Assembly: GCA_963809895.1 (NCBI GenBank)
Contig: CAWELD010000004.1
Coordinates: 1-64,000, forward strand
DNA: 64,000 nucleotides
DNA from: an uncultured Gemmatimonadales bacterium
GTDB lineage: Bacteria; Gemmatimonadota; Gemmatimonadetes; Longimicrobiales; Gaopeijiaceae
Direction: 5' to 3'
Position 1 is the first letter of the stretch, and every line of letters starts with the position of its first letter. Of the stretch, positions 41,841 to 52,060 are shown in pieces. The translations under genes were made by a program, and so were the position numbers. Below the pieces are notes generated by a model. The model saw only the letters and a program-made list of their open reading frames with translations, was not told where the DNA came from and searched no databases.

Positions 41841-42948
41841 ATGGCATCCACCCACCGGAAGACGACGGGCCCGCTCGTAGCCGGCGCCATCATATTCGTG
41901 ACTTCCGCCATCGGCTGCGACGGTCCTCCGACGGTCGTGATCGGTATCACCACGAGCACCGAGTTGGTGTACGCGGCTCGACTCGCGCTTGAGGAGCCAT
42001 GGCGGCCGACCCGATCCCCGGCCTGGATACCCTCATCATCGCCGAAGGCACCAATAGCGCACCTCCGGCGATCGAGGCGGCGGAGCGGCTCGTCACGGAT
42101 GCCAGGACCATCGGCGTCGTGGGCCACTCCAACAGTGCGGCCAGCCTCGCGGTGGCGCCCATCTACCACGACCGCGAGGTCGTGGAGCTGACCCCCACAT
42201 CCACGGCGGTGGTCTACTCCGGTGCCGGTCCCTTCAGCTTCCGCCTCGTTCCGCCTGACGACCGGCAGGGTGCATTCATGGCCCGCTACCTGTCCGAGCT
42301 GCTCCCGGAGGGCGGGGATCTGGTGATCTTCTACGTGAACGACGACTACGGCCGGGGCCTCCGCCGCGCCTTCGAAGAGGGCCTCGCCGACGGAGACGCC
42401 TTCCGGATCCTCGGGGAGCTTCCCCACACCGAAACCGACGTGTCGGACGAGGACCTGAACCAGGCCCGCTCCAGCCTGGCGGCCCAGCCCCCCGACGCGG
42501 TGATCTGGCTGGCCCGGGGGACGATCCTGGCGTGGTACCTGCCCACCATCCGCGAGGTCGCTCCCGACGCCCTCATCCTCGGCGGGGACGCTACTTCCTC
42601 GGTCCTGCAGGGGACACCGGGCGAGAACCTCCTCGGCGGGGTACGGTTCGTCGATTTCGTGGACCTGGAGTCCACCGAGGCGTTGCGAGACTTCTCCCGC
42701 CGGTACGAGGAGCGCTTCGCCGCCCCCGCCACCGCGCCGGCCGCCCTCACCTACGACGCCATGGCGCTCTTCTCGCCGGGGTGAGGGCAGGCGCCCGCAC
42801 AGGGCCCGAGCTCCGGGATCACCTGAATTCGCTGGGTCGGGAACGCCCGCCCTTCCAGGGCTTGACCGGCCCGGTCTCCTTCGACGAGAACGGCGATGTC
42901 GAGCGACCGTACGTGATGCGGACGTTCGGGCGGATGCCGATCCCGTGA
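41841..42948 (+). CDS. LivK-like (branched-chain type) substrate-binding protein; frameshifted
   Basis: 'GVVGHSNSAAS', 'FRLVPPDDRQG', 'YVNDDYGRGL', 'ALTYDA', 'FQGLTGPVSFDENGD'. Confidence 0.8.
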
Positions 42949-44957
42949 TCCTCCCGGAGATACCCACGCGCGGTAGCCTCGGCGCCGCATCTTCATCACA
43001 GGCACGATGTTGGCCGTGGTGATCATGGCGGGACTGGCCGGATTTCTAGCGGTGAATCAGCGCATGCGAACGCGGTTGGCCGAGGCCACCGACGCCTACG
43101 CCGAGGAGCAGAAGATCGCCGACCAGTTGACCGGGGCCGTCATGCGTCAGCTCCTGCTGGTCGCCCTGCCCTCCCGGTCACCGTTCGGGGGCCTGGGCGC
43201 GGAGTTCCGGCGGGCCGGCGACGAAGCCAACGCGCTGATGCAGCGCTATCTCTTCCGCGACCCTCCCGAGGAGCGTCTCCACTCGAGCGGGTGAAGGCGG
43301 CCCATCAACGTCTGGAGGTGGCCGCCTCCAGGATCACGATGACGGTGGCCGCCGACGACACGCCGAGCGCCGAGGCGGCCGCCAACGAGCTGCTGGCGGA
43401 CGCGTCGGCCCTGCACGAGGCCCTCAACGGCTTCCTTGAGATGCGCGAGGCTGGCTGCAGGCGCTGCGCGCGCCAGAATGCCGAGTTCATGGCCCTCGAC
43501 GTCGGGGGCGCAGGCTTCGCCCTGCTGGACCTCCTGGGGTCGGGCTACCTCGGCCGCTTTCTCCAGCTCCGGATGACTGAGCCGCTTGCGGCCCTGACCG
43601 ATGCGGCGCGCCAAATCGGAGAGGGCGACCTGGAGGCCCGGGTCCCCACCGACCACGATCGGGAGTTCGCCCGGGTCGCGATGGCCTTCAACGACATGGC
43701 CAGAGATGTGACCCGGGTCCGTGAGGAGCTCGTTCAACACAACCGCCAGCTCGCCGAGGCCCTGGAGAGCCTGCGCCAGGCCCAGGCCGAGCTCATCGAA
43801 TCGGAGAAGCTCGCGGCCATGGGCCGCATGACCGCCGGCCTGGCCCACGAGCTTAACAACCCTCTGGCGAGCGTCCTGGGATACGGGGAGCTGCTGAACG
43901 AACACCTGACTTGAGACGGTGGACCGGAGGCCCGCTTGCTCCAGGACGAGTTGGTGGCACCCATCGTCCAGGAGGCGGCCCGCGCGCGTGAGCTCGTCCG
44001 GAACTTCACCCAGTTCGCCCGGGGATCGAGTCGCGAGCTGGGGCCCGTCGGGGTCTGGGAGGCCCTGGACACCGTGGCGGGCCTCCAGCGCTTCGCCTTC
44101 GAGAGCGCCGGCCTGACCCTCGAGGTGGAGGCCGTGCCCGACGTCTGGGTGCTGGCGGAGCGGCAGACGCTTCAGGAGGTCTTCTTCAACCTGGTGAGCA
44201 ACGCCTACGACGCCAGGCGCGAGAGCGGCGAGGGGATGCTCCGGATGGGGATCCCTGGATGACGGCGAGCTCGTGCTGTCGTTCGAGGACCAGGGCCCGG
44301 GCCTGGAGGACCTGGAGCACCTGTTCGAGCCCTTCTTCACGACCAAGGCCGTGGGTAAGGGAGCCGGCCTGGGCCTCGCCACCGTGCACCACGCCATGGA
44401 GCGGTTCGGCGGCAGCGCGCGGGCCGCCAATCGTGAGGCGGGAGGCGCCCGGTTCGAGCTCCGGCTACGGCTCGCCGAGGCACCGGAAGCGATCGGCGAT
44501 GCCGTCGCGGAGCAGGGAGGCCCCCGGGAGGCGGGTGGAGGTCGGCGGCGTGGAAAGCGAGGACGCGAAGACGGCGGCCAGCCCCCGGGTTCTGGTCGTG
44601 GAGGACGAGCCCTCCCTGCGCCGGCTCCAGAAGCGCCTCCTCAACCGCCTGGGCGCCGAGGTCATCCTCACGGCCAGCGTCGCGGAGGCCCGCACCATTC
44701 TCGCCGACCGCGACGTGGACCTCGTCGTCTCCGACGTGAAGATGCCGGGAGAATACGGCATCGAGCTCTATCGATGGGTCGCCGAACACAGGCCGGGCCT
44801 GGCCGGGCGGTTCCTGTTCGTGACCGGCGACGTAGGAGCCGCGGCGATCGCCAATCTCAGCGAGGCACGTCCCGGGATCTTCCTCCACAAGCCCTTCGAC
44901 ATGAAGGAGTACATGGCACGGGTGTCGGCGCTCCTCGGCATTCCGCGGAACGGCTGA
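42945..44957 (+). CDS. Hybrid sensor histidine kinase (TM-HAMP-HisKA-HATPase-REC); frameshifts and one in-frame TGA at 43912-43914
   Basis: HAMP 'PLAALTDAARQIGEGDL'; 'AGLAHELNNPL'; 'NLVSNAYDA'; 'DQGPG...FEPFFTTK...GAGLGL'; REC 'VLVVEDE...SDVKMPG...KPF'. Confidence 0.85.
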
Positions 44958-44994
44958 GCGACACCTGGAAGCTCCACTCGACGAGGGAACATGG

Positions 44995-45021
44995 GGACGA
45001 TCGGATGCCACCCGGGATTCT
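44995..45021 (+). repeat. Direct repeat, right copy (27 bp)
   Basis: Identical to 41624-41650. Confidence 0.9.
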
Positions 45022-45052
45022 ACGCGCCGCCGGAGTCACGGCAAGGAAGCCG

Positions 45053-45460
45053 CTACCCGAGCTCCTCCAGCAGGTCGGCCGGCGTGCGAGCAGGGATCGG
45101 CGAGCCCTCGAAGTCCTTCAGGTTCCGCGAGGCGATGTAGAGGGCACCACACGCGCGGGCTGCGGCGACCTGCATGGCGTCCTCCAGGTCCGACATCTGA
45201 AGTGACGCCGCGAACCGGAACCCCTCGGTATCGGTGGGTGCGACGGTCGCGAAATCGGTGAGTGCCCGCAGGAAATCGCGGGTGTCAGCTTGGCCGCGCG
45301 CCGGCCGCAGCAGGTAGTAGAGGTTCGACAACGTGTGCCAGGCCACGAACGCACCGCCCCGCCGCTGCTCCAGCCGGTCGATCAGCGCCGACGAAGCCTC
45401 AGCGTGCGGCGCGCGGTCCAGCGCGACGTCGAGGATCACATCGGTGTCCAGCAGGATCAT
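45053..45460 (-). CDS. PIN-domain toxin
   Basis: 'ILLDTDVILDVALDRAPH...DLEDAMQVAAA...SRNLKDF'. Confidence 0.9.
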   Translation of the reverse strand: MILLDTDVILDVALDRAPHAEASSALIDRLEQRRGGAFVAWHTLSNLYYLLRPARGQADTRDFLRALTDFATVAPTDTEGFRFAASLQMSDLEDAMQVAAARACGALYIASRNLKDFEGSPIPARTPADLLEELG

Positions 45461-45684
45461 CGATACTTCTCGGCGAGGGCCCGGTAGCGCTCGTCCTGCT
45501 CCCGGTCAGCGAGAACCATGGTCCCGCGCCAGCGCGCCGAGAAGGATCCGCTCTCGCCTTCGCTCGTCATGTCACGCAGCGCATCTTCGATCAGTGACGA
45601 CAGCGACACGCCCCGGCGGCGCGCGAAGCGCTTGGCCTCCGGGACCAGATCCTTGTCGACGGTGATCGTGAGTTTGGTTTTCAT
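45457..45684 (-). CDS. RHH antitoxin (DUF6364-like)
   Basis: 'MKTKLTITVDKDLVPEAKRFARRRGVSLSSLIEDAL...YRALAEKYR'. Overlaps the PIN start. TATACGTATA palindrome just upstream. Confidence 0.85.
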   Translation of the reverse strand: MKTKLTITVDKDLVPEAKRFARRRGVSLSSLIEDALRDMTSEGESGSFSARWRGTMVLADREQDERYRALAEKYR

Positions 45685-45758
45685 GATATACGTATACGTT
45701 GCTGTACACACGTATACTGCGCAAGAAGACGACCTTCCGTCAATCCCCCGCCCGCGCA

Positions 45759-46355
45759 TCACGACGCCGGACGGATCTCCCAGGGTCCGGTGACCACCCC
45801 CGCGGTGTCGTCGCGGGTCAGGAACGGACCGCAGCTCCAGGTGCCCTCGGCCCCGGACGCCGTGCGGTGGCCCCGCATGACGGCGAGACTGTCGTAGAAC
45901 GGAACGCCCGTGTCCTGGTTCAGCGGCGTGACGAACTCCACCGAGTCGCCCGGCAGCAGGTGCACCTCCGCGGCGGGAGAATAGAGGTCGGGGCGCAGGC
46001 CGATCCCCGCGCCTTCCGGATCCAGGACCGTGCGCAGCGCTTCCCCGCCACCCTGCGCGATCAGCAGGCCGCTGGAGGCCTCCCGATCCCCCTGGATCAC
46101 CTCGAAGCGCAGGTCGAGGGCGCATTCGATAGAGAACTCGCCGTGCATGCCCTCGGCGGTGCCGGTGAGGGCGAACATGCCTGGAAAGGCCGCGGCGATG
46201 CTGGGACGGGTCGCATCGTCACCTCCGCACGCGGCGAGGACGAGCGCCGTGAAGCAGGCGCCGGCCACCAACCCCCGCTTGCGGGCGCTGGTGCGATCCC
46301 GGACGCGTGCCGCGCGGCACGGCTGCAAGGTACTGTCGACGTCTGAAAGTGCCAT
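45759..46355 (-). CDS. Hypothetical lipoprotein
   Basis: 'FTALVLAACGGDD' lipobox. Confidence 0.6.
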   Translation of the reverse strand: MALSDVDSTLQPCRAARVRDRTSARKRGLVAGACFTALVLAACGGDDATRPSIAAAFPGMFALTGTAEGMHGEFSIECALDLRFEVIQGDREASSGLLIAQGGGEALRTVLDPEGAGIGLRPDLYSPAAEVHLLPGDSVEFVTPLNQDTGVPFYDSLAVMRGHRTASGAEGTWSCGPFLTRDDTAGVVTGPWEIRPAS

Positions 46356-46468
46356 GGACCCGAGGGCGTAAGGGACTGCGACGGGGGAGCCTCCGTGGCG
46401 CACCCGCTCGAGGGGAAAACGATTCAGCATTGGCGAACCGGACGTCGGTCACCCACAGGGAGGGGCGG

Positions 46469-46981
46469 ATGGGGGAGCAGGGACACGTGCTGGCGCAGGC
46501 CAACGTGGCGCGCATGCGCTTCGCACCCGACGATGCCCGCATGACCGACTTCGTGGCGGCGCTGGACCGGGTGAACGCCGAGGCCGATGCCGCCCGGGGA
46601 TTCCTGTGGCGCCTGCAGACCGACGCGGGCCACAGCATGGACGTGCGCGCCTTCGACGACCCCCGCATGCTCTTCAACCTCTCGGTGTGGGAATCCCTCG
46701 AAGACCTGTTCCGCTACACCTACCGGAGCATGCACGCCGATTTCTTCCGGCGGCGGCGGGAATGGTTCGAGACCGCCGAGCGTCCCTCGGTGGTCATGTG
46801 GTGGATCCAACCCGATCACCGCCCGTCGGTGGCCGAGGCGCTGGACCGGCTCGACGCGCTCTGGACCTCGGGACCCTCACCCGAGGCCTTCGACTTCCGG
46901 ACCCCCTTCGACAGCGGGGGCGGCGCGCTGGATGCGGAGTGGCGACGGCGGGTCGCGGTGCCGGACCCGGCCACGCCCTGA
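46469..46981 (+). CDS. DUF3291-family protein
   Basis: 'LAQANVARMR...FVAALDRVNAEADAARGFLWRLQ...NLSVWES...RRRREWF...PEAFDF'. Confidence 0.85.
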   Translation: MGEQGHVLAQANVARMRFAPDDARMTDFVAALDRVNAEADAARGFLWRLQTDAGHSMDVRAFDDPRMLFNLSVWESLEDLFRYTYRSMHADFFRRRREWFETAERPSVVMWWIQPDHRPSVAEALDRLDALWTSGPSPEAFDFRTPFDSGGGALDAEWRRRVAVPDPATP

Positions 46982-46999
46982 CACGGGAACGGTCGCGGA

Positions 47000-47881
47000 T
47001 CAGCCACCCCCGGTCGCCCCACCGATGGGCGACATGCGGTTCAGATATCGCCGAATCGCTTCCGCGTAGGCCGGGCCCTGGACCACCGTCCCGTGGTCCC
47101 GCCCCTGGACGATCTGGATCTCGAGCTCGGGGTCCAGCGCCTTCAGGGCTTGCGCGCGCGCCAGCCTGGGATCCTCCGAACCCACCACGGCCAGCATGGG
47201 CCCCAGCCCCGCCGCCTCGTCGTCGCTCAGCGCCAGGGCGGGATACGCCTGCGCCAGCGCGGCCAGGGCCTGCACGTCGTTCCTGCGGAATCCCTCGAGC
47301 TCGTCGCCCGACAGCTCGGTCGTGTCCACCTGCAGCAGGTCTCGCCCGGCCTGGGCCATGCCCCGAAGCTCCTCGGCCGAGGTGAGGCCCTCGCCGATCA
47401 GGACCGTGGCGCCGATGCGGTCCGGATGGCTGGCGGCCGTGCGCAGGGCGATGATCCCGCCCATGGAGTAGCCGATCAGGTCGGCGCGCGCGAGGCCCAG
47501 CGTGTCCAGCACCCGGACCACGTCGTCGGTGAGCGTGAGGCCGTAGTCCGAAGGATCGTGCGGTTTATCGCTCCGTCCGTGCCCGCGGATGTCCATGCCG
47601 ATGACCGTTCGGCCCGGAATCAGCGCCGCCAGCAGGTCGTGCCACTGCTCGGGCAACCAGCGCGCGGCCCAACCATGCAGCACCACCACCGCCGGCCCAC
47701 TCCCCTGCACTTCGACGTGCAGGACCGCGCCATCGGCCTGAACCCGCATGACGCGCGGCATGGTGTCGGGCTCGGGGGTGGGAGGACTCGCCTCCCCACC
47801 CCCGTCACCGCAGCCGGCGGCGACGCCTGCGAGGGCCAGCCCCGCCACCACCCACATCGCACCCCGCAGGCGCGCCGGCAT
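47000..47881 (-). CDS. Alpha/beta-fold hydrolase lipoprotein
   Basis: 'VVVLHGW', 'DIRGHGRSDKP', nucleophile 'GYSMGG'; lipobox 'AAGC'. Confidence 0.85.
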   Translation of the reverse strand: MPARLRGAMWVVAGLALAGVAAGCGDGGGEASPPTPEPDTMPRVMRVQADGAVLHVEVQGSGPAVVVLHGWAARWLPEQWHDLLAALIPGRTVIGMDIRGHGRSDKPHDPSDYGLTLTDDVVRVLDTLGLARADLIGYSMGGIIALRTAASHPDRIGATVLIGEGLTSAEELRGMAQAGRDLLQVDTTELSGDELEGFRRNDVQALAALAQAYPALALSDDEAAGLGPMLAVVGSEDPRLARAQALKALDPELEIQIVQGRDHGTVVQGPAYAEAIRRYLNRMSPIGGATGGG

Positions 47882-48336
47882 CACACCGCCGCCTTCATCG
47901 CCTCGACGTACTCGTCCAGCACGCCGACCCATCCGCCACTGTACGCGTCCCGCTGCGCCTGGCCCTCGTCGCCCAGGACCTCCCATCCACGATGCTCCAG
48001 GCGGACCACCGTACCCGCGCCATCGGTAGCGGCGCGGAAGGTCACCTCCACCTCGGTCTCCTGGCTCTCAGGACGACCGGGATGCCAACTGAAGACCACC
48101 CGCTCCGGCGGCTGCCAGTAGCGGATGCGCCCCCATTCGTGGAGCGCGCCGTCGGCGTCCACCTCCGTCACCGCCTCCCCCACCGCACCCCCGAAACGCA
48201 CGTCGCGGCAGCGATCCTCGGACACCGAGTGCGTCGCCATGGGCCACCACGACCCGATGTCGGCGGTGAAGCGCCGAAACGCGACCTCCCTCTCCACCGG
48301 AACCGTCACCTCGCACATCACCGGCGAGATCGTCAT
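47881..48336 (-). CDS. SRPBCC/AHSA1-like protein
   Basis: 'AFRRFTADIGSWWP...WQPPERVVFSW...TEVEVTF...VRLEHRGWE'. Confidence 0.9.
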   Translation of the reverse strand: MTISPVMCEVTVPVEREVAFRRFTADIGSWWPMATHSVSEDRCRDVRFGGAVGEAVTEVDADGALHEWGRIRYWQPPERVVFSWHPGRPESQETEVEVTFRAATDGAGTVVRLEHRGWEVLGDEGQAQRDAYSGGWVGVLDEYVEAMKAAV

Positions 48337-48647
48337 GCCTCCCCTCCTCCCGTTGAATCGAACGAGCTCCGGAAGGCCTCCATGGCGCCGCTCCAGAACG
48401 ACTCCACATACGCCCGCAGGGGCTCGAGGCCTTCAGGCCGCACCCGGTAGATCCGGCGGCGGCCGTCCTTCTCCACCTCCACGATGCCCGCCTCGCGCAG
48501 GACCTTGAGGTGCTGCGACACGGCCGGCTGGCTCACGGGCAGCGCGTCCACCAGCTCCCCCACGGGCCGCGGTCCGTCCCGCAGCAGCCGCAGGATCGAT
48601 CGCCGGGTGTCGTCGCCCAGCACCGTGAGGAGCGCGTCGTGTTGCAT
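48333..48647 (-). CDS. ArsR/SmtB-family transcriptional regulator
   Basis: 'LGDDTRRSILRLLRDGPRPVGELV...VSQPAVSQHLKVLREAG'. TTGACA upstream (~48682). Confidence 0.9.
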   Translation of the reverse strand: MQHDALLTVLGDDTRRSILRLLRDGPRPVGELVDALPVSQPAVSQHLKVLREAGIVEVEKDGRRRIYRVRPEGLEPLRAYVESFWSGAMEAFRSSFDSTGGGEA

Positions 48648-48712
48648 GGACAACATATAAGTTACGACGAATATATTGTCAACGGGGGATCCCTTTTCAG
48701 GAAGCAGCGACC

Positions 48713-50551
48713 TCAACTCGACGAGCGGACCTCGAAGTGCCGCCCGACGTGGCCGACGACGAAGCGAGGCTCGTCCGGGACGCGAGACGAAAAGTAGATG
48801 CGCAGGCAGCGTCGCGGGTCGTAGGTGTTCCCGACCACGATGTGCTCCTCGGCCTCCACGACTCCGCCGTCGGGGGCCGCAAACCGGTACTGCTCGCGCA
48901 GGCGTGCCGAGGTCGAGCTGGCGATGGCGCCCCGGTAGTCGATCCCCAGGTCTCCGAACGCCTCCCGGAGGGATGTTCCCAGGGCCCCGTCTCGCCGGCG
49001 GCGCGCCACACGCGCCATGGCGTCCAGGATCGCCCGGACGCGCTCCGGATCCTCATAGGGGCTGGCGTCGGCGGACGCCAACGCGGAATCGAGGACGACG
49101 AGGGCGTCGGCATGGGACTCTCCCGCTTCGCGCACCACATCCGGGAGAGTCAGCCGCTCGTCACCCTCCTCGAGGGCGGCCGTCCGGGACGGCTCCAACT
49201 CGTCCCCGACCCGCTCTTCGTCCACCGCCGAGGGGAACGCATGGTCCAGGATGTCTTCCAGACGACCCAGACGGCGCTCGATGGCATTCGTGCTGGACGA
49301 ACGCACCGCCGCGATGGTACGGAGGCGCTCGACTTCGTCGGCGAGGTCCACGTTCGCACGCAGCAGCTGCTCGACGAGGCCACCGAGCGCCGCCACGTCC
49401 GCCAGGAGTCGATCGAGCCGGGGCGCCAATACACCGTCGCGTCCCGGCTCCTCGTTGCCAGCCTCCACGGCGTCGGCACTCCCCGTCGGTGACTCCAGAT
49501 CGGCCCTCGCCGATTCCAGATCCGTGGGTCCCGCGTCCGCCCCCTCTCCAGGCTCGGCCAAAGCGCGGCGTCGTTCGGCGATGGACGAGGGCAGGGTCAC
49601 CTCGCGCCCGACTTCGATCCCCACTTCGCCGAGCCAGGTCGCGCGCATGATCGGGTCGGACAGGCGGTCCGCGACCAGCAGTGGATGCTCGAACGGATCG
49701 TCGTGCCGGGACCAGCCGGGAAAGTAGCACCGAATGGCGCCGCGGTAGCACGACATGGGCGCCCCGCCCAGCGCGTCGCTGAGGGCGAACGTCTGCCGAT
49801 GCTGCTGCAACACGTGGAGGCGGGCCCGGCCGAGCAGCTCCCAGGCCGTGTCGTCCGGATCCACCACGTAGCCTCCGTCCTCGAGGGGAGACAGGACCGC
49901 CACGGGGGCGCTGCGCGTCGGCGAGGCCAGAACGCTCAACACGAAGTCCTCTTCGTCTCCAGGTCGGATCGGATCGGCGCTCAGCGGGCTCCCCATCCAC
50001 GAGAGATCGACGCGGCCTCGCAGGGCCCGAAGGAACCCTGGCTGTGCCTGACCCGCCCCGACGTACCCTCGCACGCTGGACAGGCCGTCGTCGGCGGTGA
50101 CCCGCACCGCGATGCGCGTGAAGGAGGGTCGCTCCTCCAGGAGGAGGCGGGTCGTGATGGGAGCCCCCGCCACCACGGGATGGACGGCCCGCCAGATCAA
50201 CTCGCCCACCCACTCCTTTCCAGGCTCCGCCATGACCTCGTACCGCAGGCCACCGAACCGGGAAGGGGCGCGTTCGCGGGGCTCGTCGCGGAGCAGGCGC
50301 GGACAATCCTCCCAGGTGCGACGGATGTCCTCGGTCACCGCAGCGAGGATCATCTCCACCACCGGTCGCCCCCTCACCATCGGCGGCGCCGAGCATTCCA
50401 GGGCGTACAGGGTGTTCTCGATCGGTCCGGCCGTGAGCTCACCATCGGGAACACCGGCGGCGGCCCGCAGAATCCGTTCGGGCTCGGGACCCACGATCCG
50501 CCAGCCGGTCGGGAGCTGTATGCCGCGGTGCGCGCGTGAGGAGCGACTCAT
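48713..50551 (-). CDS. Hypothetical protein (~612 aa): N-terminal alpha/beta domain, coiled coil, possible RelE-like C-terminus
   Basis: Intact long ORF. 'LLGRARLHVL...LGGAPMSCYRGAIRCYFPG...HPL'; heptad-rich middle; 'EEHIVVGNTYDPRRCLRIYF...VVGHVGRH'. Confidence 0.75.
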   Translation of the reverse strand: MSRSSRAHRGIQLPTGWRIVGPEPERILRAAAGVPDGELTAGPIENTLYALECSAPPMVRGRPVVEMILAAVTEDIRRTWEDCPRLLRDEPRERAPSRFGGLRYEVMAEPGKEWVGELIWRAVHPVVAGAPITTRLLLEERPSFTRIAVRVTADDGLSSVRGYVGAGQAQPGFLRALRGRVDLSWMGSPLSADPIRPGDEEDFVLSVLASPTRSAPVAVLSPLEDGGYVVDPDDTAWELLGRARLHVLQQHRQTFALSDALGGAPMSCYRGAIRCYFPGWSRHDDPFEHPLLVADRLSDPIMRATWLGEVGIEVGREVTLPSSIAERRRALAEPGEGADAGPTDLESARADLESPTGSADAVEAGNEEPGRDGVLAPRLDRLLADVAALGGLVEQLLRANVDLADEVERLRTIAAVRSSSTNAIERRLGRLEDILDHAFPSAVDEERVGDELEPSRTAALEEGDERLTLPDVVREAGESHADALVVLDSALASADASPYEDPERVRAILDAMARVARRRRDGALGTSLREAFGDLGIDYRGAIASSTSARLREQYRFAAPDGGVVEAEEHIVVGNTYDPRRCLRIYFSSRVPDEPRFVVGHVGRHFEVRSSS

Positions 50552-50609
50552 GACACGATGGTGACACGAGGACTGGCTCGGCGCCAGGGAAGCCACCCGC
50601 CGGGCGCCT

Positions 50610-51008
50610 TCAGCGCGCCAATCCCCTCACCACCCGAGCGGCAGACCCGATGACGGCAGCCACCAGGAACGCCGCCGCCATCATGGCCAACCATCGGCGG
50701 TGCACCCAGGCCAGCCTGGTCAGGCCGATGGGCGTGCTGGCGATGAACCAGACCCAGAGCGCGACGGCACCGAGCCACAGCCGGGTCAGGTAGCGGCGGC
50801 GCCACCACGGGGCGGCCAGCCCGAGCGCGACGCCCAGCTCAACGAGGCTCTGCCCCACCAGCAGCTCGACCGTCTGGAGCGTGGGGATCCCGATCATCCT
50901 CGGCTGCGCCAGGCGCGCCGGGGTGGGCACGGTCGTGAACGCCTGCCACATCATGGGGAGCAGGATCACCCAGCTCACGAGCAACCCGGTCCACAGCAGC
51001 CACTTCAC
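50610..51008 (-). CDS. Small multi-pass membrane protein
   Basis: About four hydrophobic segments, starting 'VKWLLWTGLLVSWVILL'. Confidence 0.55.
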   Translation of the reverse strand: MKWLLWTGLLVSWVILLPMMWQAFTTVPTPARLAQPRMIGIPTLQTVELLVGQSLVELGVALGLAAPWWRRRYLTRLWLGAVALWVWFIASTPIGLTRLAWVHRRWLAMMAAAFLVAAVIGSAARVVRGLAR

Positions 51009-51043
51009 CGTGGCGGTGCGATCCGAGCCGGCCCCTGATCCCC

Positions 51044-52060
51044 TCACCGCGCCGGATCCGCCGCCACGCCTTCCTTCGTGATCTTCACCGGCAGGATGGT
51101 GCCGTCGGGCGCGAAGTGGAGCTCGTCGATGGCCACCACGCGGTGGTTGCGGTCGGTCTCGCCCAGCGGCCGGCGGTGGTAGACGATGTACCAGCGGCCC
51201 GAGCGCGGCGCATGCAGCACCGAGTGGTGCCCCGCCCCCGTGGCCACCGTGGAATCCTGCTCCAGGATCTTTCCCACCCGCTGGAACGGACCCGTGGGCC
51301 GGTCGGCCACGGCGTAGGCGACGGCGTAGTCGGGCCCGGTCCATCCCCCTTCGGACCACATGAAGTAGTAGCGGCCGTCCTTGCGGAGCATGTACGAGCC
51401 CTCGACGTAGCCCTCGGGGGTGATCTCGCGGAAGACGCTGCCGTCGTCGAAGGGCACGAACCCGGTGAAGCCGTCGTTCAACCGCGCGATGTTGCAGTGG
51501 CGCCATCCCCCGTAGGTGATGTACCAGGTGCCGTCGGCGTCCTGGAAGACGAAGGGATCGATGGGCTGCGCGCCGTTGTGGAAGGCGTCGATGAGCGGAT
51601 AGCCGAGGTAGTCCTCGAAGGGGCCGCCGGGCGAGCGGGACCGGGCCACCCCGATCCCCCCTTCTTCGTCGTCGCTCTGGATGTCGTTGGCCGAGAAGAA
51701 CAGGTAGTACCAGCCGTCCTTTTCCACGATGGACGGGGCCCACAGCGCCCGGTGTCCCCAGCTCACGTCGTCCAGCTCCAGGACGTGGGGATGCCGGATC
51801 CAGGTCACGAGATCCGGCGACGAGAAGGCGTCCATGGTGACCTGCTCGTCGTACGGCGCCGAGGTCGTGGGATAGATCCAGTACTCGCCCTCGAAGACGT
51901 GCGCTTCGGGATCCGCGTACCAGCCTTCGAAGACCGGGTTGTCCGGAGGGGAGCCCGCCGCCACGAGCACGGCAACGCCCGCGACGGCCACGCCGGTCCA
52001 GGCGGCGCGTCGCCTCGCGGAGCCCCGAGGCGGGGTGAGAATCCGGGATCCCTGTGACAT
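51044..52060 (-). CDS. Glycoside hydrolase family 43
   Basis: 'NPVFEGWYADPEA', 'LWAPS', 'PIDPFVFQDADG', 'YVEGS', 'GAGHHS', 'YIVYHRR'. Confidence 0.9.
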   Translation of the reverse strand: MSQGSRILTPPRGSARRRAAWTGVAVAGVAVLVAAGSPPDNPVFEGWYADPEAHVFEGEYWIYPTTSAPYDEQVTMDAFSSPDLVTWIRHPHVLELDDVSWGHRALWAPSIVEKDGWYYLFFSANDIQSDDEEGGIGVARSRSPGGPFEDYLGYPLIDAFHNGAQPIDPFVFQDADGTWYITYGGWRHCNIARLNDGFTGFVPFDDGSVFREITPEGYVEGSYMLRKDGRYYFMWSEGGWTGPDYAVAYAVADRPTGPFQRVGKILEQDSTVATGAGHHSVLHAPRSGRWYIVYHRRPLGETDRNHRVVAIDELHFAPDGTILPVKITKEGVAADPAR

